Assembly (NCBI GenBank): GCA_043743755.1
Contig: JAYTVY010000710.1
Location: forward strand, 1-29,483
Length of the DNA: 29,483 bases
Reading direction: 5' to 3'
DNA from: Bryobacterales bacterium
GTDB taxonomy: Bacteria > Acidobacteriota > Terriglobia > Bryobacterales > Bryobacteraceae
Under the pieces are notes generated by a model. The model had not been told where the DNA came from and searched no databases. It saw only the letters and a list, made by a program, of their open reading frames with translations. The position numbers and the translations under genes are program-made. Below, one piece after another: positions 1 to 7,264 of the stretch. Each line of letters begins with the position of its first letter. Position 1 is the first letter of the stretch.

Positions 1-420
1 CTTCCAGCGCGCGATGGCTTCCGCTAGCGGCTGGTCGATGTTTTGAAAAGCCTGCTCGGCGACGGCATTGCCGGACTTACGCCAGTGGTCAAACACGCGG
101 CGTGCTTCGGCGCGCAGCTTCGTCTCGTGGCAGAGGAACGCGTATTCAAGAGCGGCCTGGGCGTCCGACGGATTCAGTCGCATGGCATCGGCAAACTGGC
201 CCCGGGCGGACTCATTCTCGCCGATCTTGAGCAGCGTGTAGGCAAGGTCCTTGTGAATAGCTGCCTGATCGGGCGTAGCAGCTATCGCCTGGTGAAAGGC
301 GCGAACCGCCTCGTCATATTGATTCGCGCGTAATGACCGGTAGGCAGCTTCCAGCGGCGCAACCGGCTGCGCCATCGCCGGCCAAGCCGATATCGCGAGC
401 AGAAGCATGTGGCGTCGCAC
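1..420 (-). CDS. Tetratricopeptide-repeat protein with N-terminal signal peptide (5' part only; runs off the window edge)
   Basis: Hand translation from GTG 420 (GAGGG 6 nt upstream) is open for 140 codons to position 1: MRRHMLLLAISAWPAMAQPVAPLEAAYRSLRANQYDEAVRAFHQAIAATPDQAAIHKDLAYTLLKIGENESARGQFADAMRLNPSDAQAALEYAF... The A-x-x-x-x-P-D/N..A..LA/Y pattern is TPR-like. Absent from the ORF track; 43..333(+) is its antisense shadow. Confidence 0.85.
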   Translation of the reverse strand, partial: MRRHMLLLAISAWPAMAQPVAPLEAAYRSLRANQYDEAVRAFHQAIAATPDQAAIHKDLAYTLLKIGENESARGQFADAMRLNPSDAQAALEYAFLCHETKLRAEARRVFDHWRKSGNAVAEQAFQNIDQPLAEAIARWK

Positions 421-520
421 GCTATACCCTCTTGGGTCTAGTGGCGGGCGCGAGCAGTTCTTCTCACAGCTTTCGGCGGCTTCGGGAGCGTCGAAAAAGG
501 AGGGCCGCAATTTCCTATCT

Positions 521-626
521 AGGAGGGATACCCCTCAAAAGAAGCGACTTCCTAAAAGCCAGCGCCGCCGCCGGCGCTCTATTCGTAACCAAGAAGCGAG
601 CTTCCGCTCAAACTTCGCCAACCTGA
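521..626 (+). pseudogene. Remnant of the 5' end of a Tat-exported protein gene
   Basis: AGGAGG at 521-526. The codon 7 nt downstream (534-536) is CTC rather than a start codon. The frame reads KRSDFLKASAAAGALFVTKKRASAQTSPT-stop, i.e. an RRxFLK motif with the second R replaced by S, an h-region and an ASA-Q cleavage-like site. Confidence 0.55.
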
Positions 627-808
627 TTCCCATCCTCTGGTCCGCCGGCGCCGCCGCCGATGTGATGAAGCGAATCGCCGCGCCCATCGTGGGTGGTATC
701 TTCACTTCATTCCTGCTGGAGCTGGCGGTATACCCGGCGCTTTAAGAAATCTGGAAGTGGCACACCGTGGTCAAAGTGGGGCAGGTTAGTAACCTGCGGG
801 CCGATTAG
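623..808 (+). pseudogene. C-terminal remnant of a CusA/CzcA-family heavy-metal RND efflux permease
   Basis: Reads LIPILWSAGAAADVMKRIAAPIVGGIFTSFLLELAVYPAL-stop-EIWKWH, matching the final TM hairpin of CusA ([25 protein letters not shown]...). TAA at 743-745 sits where a Tyr is expected. There is no upstream body. The frame continues into the repeat and ends at TAG 806-808. Confidence 0.8.
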
Positions 809-817
809 CAATCGGCC
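776..817 (+). repeat. REP-like double-hairpin repeat, copy 1
   Basis: GTGGGGCAGGTTAGTAACCTGCGGGCCGATTAGCAATCGGCC contains two perfect stems, GCAGGTT-agt-AACCTGC (781-797) and GGCCGATT-agc-AATCGGCC (799-817). It is 38/42 identical to 25270-25311. Confidence 0.8.
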
Positions 818-821
818 GGAA

Positions 822-3011
822 CTATTTACGCCGGTCTATAAACTGCAACCCCACGCATAAAATTAAACCCGCCAGCGCCAGCGCCGCGCCCGTGAATACC
901 GATCCTGGTAGATACCGGAATGCCACACGGTGCTGACCGGAATCCACTACCACGCCTCGCACCAGATTGTACGCCTTGTAAATCCGGACTTCGCGGCCGT
1001 CCACATACGCGTGCCAGCCGGGGAACCAGGTGTCGCTGAGAATTAACATGCCGCGGCAGCGCATGGAGACGTCTAGCGTGATGCGGGCCGGCTCCCAGGC
1101 GCGTGTCTGAATTTGATCTCCTGCGTCGCAGGTTTCTAGCGCCGGTGCATCCCCAACCAGGAGCGCCGTGCGATCCCTGTGCAGTGCGGGACTCTCCAGC
1201 GCATACCCAAACTCTTTCTCCGGCAGCCCGAGCGCTTCGTGCACGGTACGCAGGCGCGGCAAAGCATCGGGATTGCGATATACATGCGCGCCGCTGGCGG
1301 CATCGAATACGGAAACCTGATTCGGCCGGGAAGGCGCATTTCCCACGTGGAATCCCGTGCCCAGCAAATCGCGGATTACGGGGCTCGCCTGCACCGTGGA
1401 CAAATAGCGCAGCATGCTGGGCCCCGGCCCGCCAAATTCATCGACACCCCACCAATCGCCGAAACCATACGGAATCACGGCCGGATCCACATCCACCCGA
1501 ATCGGCTGCGGCTGGGCCTTCAGAAACGCCGCCACATCCGCGTTTTCGGAGAGCCGGTGGACTTCCGACCCAGGCTGATCGCGCTGCCGCATCCCGTAGT
1601 TGCTGACATTGCTCAGCTCGAATAGCAGCGCCAGGATGGCGAGCGCGCCGCCCGCGCGAGCGGACAGGCGCGAGGGCGTCCAGAGCGCAAGCAATCCGCC
1701 AATCAGAACCGCCGCCAGCGCGGCCTCTGCCAGAAATTTGTACTCTTCGCTCTTTTCGGGCCGCACCGTGATCAAAACGGTAAGAGCGGCGTAGAGCAAG
1801 CCCCCCAGGGAAAGCAGCACGCGCATAGCTGCCTTTCTAGCGCCCTCCACGTCCACCGGCCGCCGCAGAAATGCTTCCAGCCCGAAGGCTGCCAGCATCG
1901 CCGCAGCCGCGTTCACAAGCGCCGCCGCCGCTACCGGCGATCGTGATTTATCGAAACTCGGAATCAGCGCATAGAGGACCCCATGAAACAATCCATAGGC
2001 GCCGAGCGCGAACAGCACCGCTCCCAGGGCGATCGCGAGAATCGTCCGCACGCCGCGGTCGCGCCAGCTGACAACGGCCCCCACCCAGGCCAGCGATAGC
2101 ATGGTGAAGCCCAGGAATATGGCCGCCCTTTTCTGGAATCCTGGCAGCAGCAGACCCAGCAGCGAAGTTGGATAGAGCGAATACTGCTCGTGGATGTTGT
2201 ACGTAACTTTATCGTTCCAACCCAGCGGTCCGGGTGCACCCACCCAGCGCACCGAAGCCTGTCCTAGTTCCGTGGCGGGTAGAATCTGGGCCGCTGCGAT
2301 GAACAGGAAGCACGCCCCGAACGCCGCGGCCGGCAACAAGGTCCGCCAGTGCCGGGGACGCTGAATAACCGCGTAATAATAGATCCATAGTGCGCCCATC
2401 GTCATCGTCATGATCCAGGGAATGTCGTGATGGCCGCTTAAATAGGAGACACCCAGCAGTGTGCCTGACACCGCGGCATTGGCCAGCTGACGCTCTCCAC
2501 GCAATACGCGAAAGAAGAAAAGCAGGATCAGCGGAATCCAGATCGCGCCCATCTCCCGCTGCAGGAATCCCACCGTCCCCAGGAATCCGCCCATACCGAA
2601 TGCGATCCCGCCTAGCAGCGACGCGGTTCGCGATAGCCGCAGATCGCGGCAAAACATGTAGGTGAACAACGCTGCCAGGTAGTGGATGAATACATAAAGT
2701 AGATGCAACGTCTCGATTCGGAAGCGGCCCTGGTTCAGCGGAACTGAGAACGCGATCCAGTTCAGGGGATTCAGCGTTCCCAGCTGAACCTGGCCCGGTA
2801 TCGGCTGGCCGGCCCATGTGTGCGGATCCCAGAGAGGAAAATGGAAGTGCTGCCACTGCTCGTTCTGGGCTTGAAACCAGGGCAGCAGCTCCCTTGCATT
2901 ATCGGGTCCCTCGAGCCACGTGTATTGCGATGTGAGGGTCAGCTTCCAGAAGAAGAGCACCGTCATCGCCAGCAGAAGCAGCGGCATTCGCGCGCGTTTG
3001 AGCCGGATCAT
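822..3011 (-). CDS. YfhO-family polytopic membrane protein (GT-C-like), paralogue 1, 729 aa
   Basis: Many TM segments, an early loop with PD..LLPW and FPLWDPHTWAGQP, a GFLG/SGH region, and C-terminal LILSDTWFPGWHAYVDG...NLVRGVVVDSGQHRVAFRY typical of YfhO proteins. ATGA overlap with the upstream paralogue. Confidence 0.8.
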   Translation of the reverse strand: MIRLKRARMPLLLLAMTVLFFWKLTLTSQYTWLEGPDNARELLPWFQAQNEQWQHFHFPLWDPHTWAGQPIPGQVQLGTLNPLNWIAFSVPLNQGRFRIETLHLLYVFIHYLAALFTYMFCRDLRLSRTASLLGGIAFGMGGFLGTVGFLQREMGAIWIPLILLFFFRVLRGERQLANAAVSGTLLGVSYLSGHHDIPWIMTMTMGALWIYYYAVIQRPRHWRTLLPAAAFGACFLFIAAAQILPATELGQASVRWVGAPGPLGWNDKVTYNIHEQYSLYPTSLLGLLLPGFQKRAAIFLGFTMLSLAWVGAVVSWRDRGVRTILAIALGAVLFALGAYGLFHGVLYALIPSFDKSRSPVAAAALVNAAAAMLAAFGLEAFLRRPVDVEGARKAAMRVLLSLGGLLYAALTVLITVRPEKSEEYKFLAEAALAAVLIGGLLALWTPSRLSARAGGALAILALLFELSNVSNYGMRQRDQPGSEVHRLSENADVAAFLKAQPQPIRVDVDPAVIPYGFGDWWGVDEFGGPGPSMLRYLSTVQASPVIRDLLGTGFHVGNAPSRPNQVSVFDAASGAHVYRNPDALPRLRTVHEALGLPEKEFGYALESPALHRDRTALLVGDAPALETCDAGDQIQTRAWEPARITLDVSMRCRGMLILSDTWFPGWHAYVDGREVRIYKAYNLVRGVVVDSGQHRVAFRYLPGSVFTGAALALAGLILCVGLQFIDRRK

Positions 3012-5227
3012 GCTGTCTTCCTTCGCCGATCACCGAGCTGCAGGACGCCGCACAATGCGATTCCGAGCAGCGCCAGAGCGGCCCCGGTAAATACCGATCC
3101 CGGGAGATAACGGAACCTCACGTGGTGACTCCCGCTATCCACCACAACACCTCGCACAAGATTGTAAGCCTTGTAAATGGGAACGCGGCGGCCGTCGACG
3201 TAGGCGCGCCAGCCCGGAAACCAGCTGTCACTGAGTATCAGCATTCCGCGGCAACGCATACTGACGTCGGCTTCGATTCGGGCGGGTTCGCGAACGCGGA
3301 TCTGGATCTCATCTCCTCCCTGGCAATTATCCAGCTTCGGAGCGTCCGCGGGAACAATCACGGTACGATCCGGGTGCAGGTCGGGACTGAGCAGCGCGTT
3401 GGTGAACGCTCTCTCGTTGCCGATACCGATGGCTTCGTGAACGGTGCGAACACGAGGGAGCGCATCGGGATTGCGAAAAACCTTCAGACCGCTTGCGCCT
3501 TCGAAAACCGGAGTCTGCTCGGGACGCGCGGGCGTCCGGCCCAGGTGGAAGTTCGCCGAGAGCAGCCTATGGACGCCGGGCTCGCTGTGGACCGAAGCAA
3601 GGAAGCGAAGCATGCCCGGCTGGTAGCCCTCCAGCTGATCGATGCCGAACCAGTCGCCGAAATTGTAGGGAAGCTCTTTGCGGTCCGCTTCCAGGCGGAC
3701 GGGGTCGGGCTGGGCTTTCAAGAATGCGGCGATATCGGAGTTCTCGGAGAGTTTGGATAGTGCGGAGCCGGGCGCGCCCCGAAAATGGAGCGGATAGTTG
3801 GTGACGAAGTTAAGCTCCAGTAACAAAATCAGCAGTATCAGAACCGAGCCCGCCGGCGCGGACAGGCGTGACGGCGTCCAGCTGCCGAACAGAGCCCCCA
3901 GCAGCATCGCGACAAACGCGGCTTCCGCCAGAAACTTGTATTCTTCGCCAGTCTCCGCTCGGACCGTGAGTAGAATGGCCACCGCGCCAAACAGGAATCC
4001 GCTCATAAGCAGTAGCGCGCGGCCCGCGAGTTTCCGGGACGCCTGCGCCTCGGCTGGAAATCGCCGCAGCGCGTCCACGCCAAACGCCGCCAGCACGGCG
4101 CAAGCTGCGTGCATCAGCGCCACTGCATCCTGGGGCGCCCGGGCTTTATCAAAACCGGGAATGGTGGCGTAGATCACGCCATGCAGCAGACCGTATGCGC
4201 CAAGCGCGAAGATCAAAGCGCCGGCGCCGAAGACCGCCAGAGTTCGCACGCCCGGCTCGCGCCGGCAAACCACTAATCCAATCAGCGCCAGGGTGAACGT
4301 GGTAAGCCCGATAAACGCGGGAGCATCGCGCTCGAAACCCGGCAGCACGATTCCGATAACCGCCGGCGGATAGACCGAATATTGCTCGTGAACCTGGTAG
4401 GGAACTACCTGATCCCACGCCGAAGGTTCCGAAGCGCCCGCCCAGCGTACCGACTCCTGTCCCAGTTCGGTCGCCGGCAAGACTTGCGCAGCGGCGATGA
4501 GCAGAAAACAAGCTGCGAATGCGGCAACCGGCAGCAAGGCTTGCCGGCGTCGGGGGCGAACCGTGGCACAGTAGTAAATCCATAACCCGGCCATCGCCGC
4601 GCTCATGAACAGAGGTACGTTATGGTGCGTGCCCAGAAATGAGATTCCGAGGAAAGCGCCAGAAGCCGCGGCGCTGGCTAGCGGCCGCTGCCCGCGTTGG
4701 GCGCGAAAAAAGAATAACAGAATCAACGGCAGCCACAGCGCGGACATCTCCCGCTGAAGGAGGCCCTCATTGCCGAGGAATCCTCCCAGTCCGAACGCGC
4801 ACCCGCCCAGCAGAGCGGCGCTGCGCCCGGCGCCCAAGTCGCGGCAAAGACCGTATGCGAACAGGACTGCCAGCCAATGGATGAATACGTAAAATTCATG
4901 GACCGTCCCGATGCGGATAGTCCCATGAGACAGAGGCATTGAAAACAGGATCCAGTTCAGAGGACCGAGCGCCCCCGGCTGTACCTGACCGGGAAACGGC
5001 AGACCGCCCCAGTGCAGGGGATCCCAGAGCGGAAAATGACCCTGATGCCACTGCGCGGCCTCGGCTTGCAGCCACGGCAGCGCCTGATTCACATTGTCGG
5101 GCGAATCCAGGAACGTGTACTGGTTGCTGAGAACCAGTTTCCAGAAGAAGAGCACGACAATCAGCAGCATCAACGCCGGCATGCCCCACTTTGCGCGTCG
5201 TGCGAATGCCGTGGCGGAAACGGTCAC
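3008..5227 (-). CDS. YfhO-family polytopic membrane protein (GT-C-like), paralogue 2, about 739 aa
   Basis: Colinear with paralogue 1 (FFWKLVLSNQYTFLDSPD...FPLWDPLHWGGLP...LILSDSWFPGWRAYVDG). Start is uncertain. GTG 5227 is preferred because it matches paralogue length and avoids overlap with ORF6N; ATG 5182 is an alternative. The ORF-track start 5431 overlaps the ORF6N gene. Confidence 0.78.
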   Translation of the reverse strand: MTVSATAFARRAKWGMPALMLLIVVLFFWKLVLSNQYTFLDSPDNVNQALPWLQAEAAQWHQGHFPLWDPLHWGGLPFPGQVQPGALGPLNWILFSMPLSHGTIRIGTVHEFYVFIHWLAVLFAYGLCRDLGAGRSAALLGGCAFGLGGFLGNEGLLQREMSALWLPLILLFFFRAQRGQRPLASAAASGAFLGISFLGTHHNVPLFMSAAMAGLWIYYCATVRPRRRQALLPVAAFAACFLLIAAAQVLPATELGQESVRWAGASEPSAWDQVVPYQVHEQYSVYPPAVIGIVLPGFERDAPAFIGLTTFTLALIGLVVCRREPGVRTLAVFGAGALIFALGAYGLLHGVIYATIPGFDKARAPQDAVALMHAACAVLAAFGVDALRRFPAEAQASRKLAGRALLLMSGFLFGAVAILLTVRAETGEEYKFLAEAAFVAMLLGALFGSWTPSRLSAPAGSVLILLILLLELNFVTNYPLHFRGAPGSALSKLSENSDIAAFLKAQPDPVRLEADRKELPYNFGDWFGIDQLEGYQPGMLRFLASVHSEPGVHRLLSANFHLGRTPARPEQTPVFEGASGLKVFRNPDALPRVRTVHEAIGIGNERAFTNALLSPDLHPDRTVIVPADAPKLDNCQGGDEIQIRVREPARIEADVSMRCRGMLILSDSWFPGWRAYVDGRRVPIYKAYNLVRGVVVDSGSHHVRFRYLPGSVFTGAALALLGIALCGVLQLGDRRRKTA

Positions 5228-5294
5228 TGAGGATAAAGCTATCGGAATAGCCTGTGTCGCTGCAACCTTGAACACTCTCCCAGACGGCAGCCCG

Positions 5295-5825
5295 CTAAAA
5301 CCCGATGCGTCGCTTCGGAACAACGTCGGGTGCCAGAATCTTCCGGATGGCATGAAATACGTTGGCGATCTGCTTATCGTGCAGCAAGAACTTGCCCTCC
5401 AGATCGTCCAGCTTCCGAGCGAGATCTTCATGAGTCGCGAGAAGGTAGCGAAGCTTCACGAAAGCCCGCATGATTGCGATGTTCACGTGGACCGCGCGCT
5501 CGCTGGTAAGCACACTCGACAGCATCGCCACACCCTGTTCAGTGAACGCATACGGCAGGTGCCCGCCGAAGCTGTGCCGGTTTGGTGTCACATTTTGTGA
5601 CACCAAAAGTTTGGCCTCACTGGCCTTCAATTGGAACGTGAAGTCCTTTGGAAAACGGCCCGGATTGCGCTTCACTTGTTGACGTAACGCCGTGGGCCGA
5701 ACGTCATACAATTTAGCGAGATCGCGATCCAGCATCACGCGCTGGCTCCTGATGGTGTAGATGTGCCGTTCGATCTGCGGAACGGGAATATTGGAATGCC
5801 GGACAATTTTGTTAGTGGGTTTCAT
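5295..5825 (-). CDS. ORF6N domain (KilA-N-like) DNA-binding protein, 176 aa
   Basis: IYTIRSQRVMLDRDLAKLYDV...LRQQVKRNPGRFPKDFTFQL...SQNVT...GGHLPYAFTEQGVAMLSSVLTSERAVHVNIAIMRAFVKLR, a coiled coil, and terminal KRRIGF: the characteristic ORF6N architecture. Confidence 0.92.
   Translation of the reverse strand: MKPTNKIVRHSNIPVPQIERHIYTIRSQRVMLDRDLAKLYDVRPTALRQQVKRNPGRFPKDFTFQLKASEAKLLVSQNVTPNRHSFGGHLPYAFTEQGVAMLSSVLTSERAVHVNIAIMRAFVKLRYLLATHEDLARKLDDLEGKFLLHDKQIANVFHAIRKILAPDVVPKRRIGF
5581..5607. repeat. Perfect inverted repeat (12-bp arms, 3-nt spacer) inside the ORF6N CDS
   Basis: TTTGGTGTCACA-TTT-TGTGACACCAAA; the arms 5581-5592 and 5596-5607 are exact reverse complements. Confidence 0.95.
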
Positions 5826-5893
5826 CGCTTAGGAAGTGCGCTGCCGCGGCAGTTGCTCTCGCATGGATTGGGCGGGGATGCGAGAATGGCCCA

Positions 5894-7264
5894 ATGGACC
5901 GCGAATTCGGGCTGACTCCCCAGTCGGTGCCGCCCGTCGAGACCCGCTTCAGGCGGATTGCCACCCCGCTTCCGGTGCCCGAATCCGTGCCGCTGCTTGA
6001 GCAACTGCGGCGCTTCGAGCCGGTGGCCATGCAAGGCCAGCCGCCGGTAGTCTGGCGCCGGGCCGAGGGATTCCAAGTTTGGGACGCATGGGGCAATTGT
6101 TGGATCGACTGGTCTTCCGGCGTATTGATCGCCAATGCGGGACATGGCCGCCGTGAGGTAATGGACGCCATCGCCAGCCAGGCGGCATCCGGTCTTCTTA
6201 CCAGTTACTGCTTTCCGAATGCGGCGCGCGCAGCCCTGGTGGAACGGTTGTGCGCGCTGCTGCCGCCGCCGCTCGATAAGGTGTTTCTGCTCACCACTGG
6301 ATCCGAGGCTGTGGAGTGCGCCATCAAGCTCTGCCGCATGCATGGCGTGCGCGCCGGCGGCCGAGGCAAGCACGTGATCGTCTCCTTCACAGACGCCTTC
6401 CACGGACGCACGCTGGGTGCGCAGCAGGCCGGCGGAATCCCGGCGCTTAAGGAATGGATCGTCAATCTCGATGACGGGTTCGTTCAGCTTCCGTTCCCAG
6501 ACGGATTCCGAACGCGTGACACATCCTTCGAGATGTTTCAGCGCCGCCTCGCTGAGACGGGCATTGAACCCCACCGCGTAGCGGGCGTGATCCTCGAGAC
6601 CTATCAGGGCGGCAGCGCCGCATTTGCGCCCACCGAATACATGCAGGCACTGCGCGAATGGTGTACAGGCCATCGCGCGCTGCTGGTTTGTGATGAAGTG
6701 CAGGCAGGCTTCGGACGCACCGGCAGGCTCTGGGGATTCGAGCATTATGGCATCGTCCCGGATCTCGCCACCTTCGGCAAGGGCATCACCAGTTCACTTC
6801 CACTGGCCGTGGTCGCCGGTCCCGCCGCCATTCTGGATTTGCCCGGACCCGGATCGATGACGTCGACGCATAGCGGCAATCCAGTCTGCTGCGCGGCCGC
6901 GCTCGCGTCCATTGACCTGATCGTCCAAGAGCGCTTGGCTGAGCGCGCTTGTCGCACCGGCGCCGTTCTGCATAAGCGGCTGCGCGAGATCCAGCAGCGC
7001 TTTCCGCGAATCGGGTTTGTAGCGGGCCAAGGGCTGGTGGCCGGACTGTCCTGCGCGGAGCCAGGTACGTTGCGCCCCGATGGCGACCTCGCCTGGGACG
7101 TCGTCCGGCGTTGTTACGAAAAAGGCGTGCTCATGTTTGCGCCGGTCGGTTTGGGAGGCGCAACTGTGAAAATCTCTCCGCCGCTGACCATTCCCGAAGA
7201 CGCGATCCTCGAAAGCGCCGCTGTTCTCGAAGCGGCGTTCGAAGAAGCAGGAGCGGGTGCATGA
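5894..7264 (+). CDS. Class III PLP-dependent aminotransferase (GabT/ArgD-like family), 456 aa
   Basis: TTGSEAVE, AFHGRT, DEVQAGFGRTG, FGKG (PLP lysine) and STHSGNP motifs. Confidence 0.92.
   Translation: MDREFGLTPQSVPPVETRFRRIATPLPVPESVPLLEQLRRFEPVAMQGQPPVVWRRAEGFQVWDAWGNCWIDWSSGVLIANAGHGRREVMDAIASQAASGLLTSYCFPNAARAALVERLCALLPPPLDKVFLLTTGSEAVECAIKLCRMHGVRAGGRGKHVIVSFTDAFHGRTLGAQQAGGIPALKEWIVNLDDGFVQLPFPDGFRTRDTSFEMFQRRLAETGIEPHRVAGVILETYQGGSAAFAPTEYMQALREWCTGHRALLVCDEVQAGFGRTGRLWGFEHYGIVPDLATFGKGITSSLPLAVVAGPAAILDLPGPGSMTSTHSGNPVCCAAALASIDLIVQERLAERACRTGAVLHKRLREIQQRFPRIGFVAGQGLVAGLSCAEPGTLRPDGDLAWDVVRRCYEKGVLMFAPVGLGGATVKISPPLTIPEDAILESAAVLEAAFEEAGAGA

Noticed and set aside
43-333. ORF-track 96-aa plus-strand ORF
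   Set aside because: It is the antisense shadow of the TPR gene on the minus strand, which has a signal peptide and recognisable repeats.
435-520. GGTCTAGTGG resembling a tRNA D-arm
   Set aside because: No acceptor stem, anticodon arm or TTCGA T-loop follows at tRNA spacing.
333-745. ORF-track ORFs 333..626 and 407..745 as intact genes
   Set aside because: Their 5' parts overlap the TPR gene start or are junk. Only their 3' ends carry real signal (Tat leader, CusA tail), reported as relics.
5228-5431. N-terminal extension of YfhO paralogue 2 in the ORF track
   Set aside because: It overlaps the ORF6N 3' end on the same strand and has no counterpart in paralogue 1.
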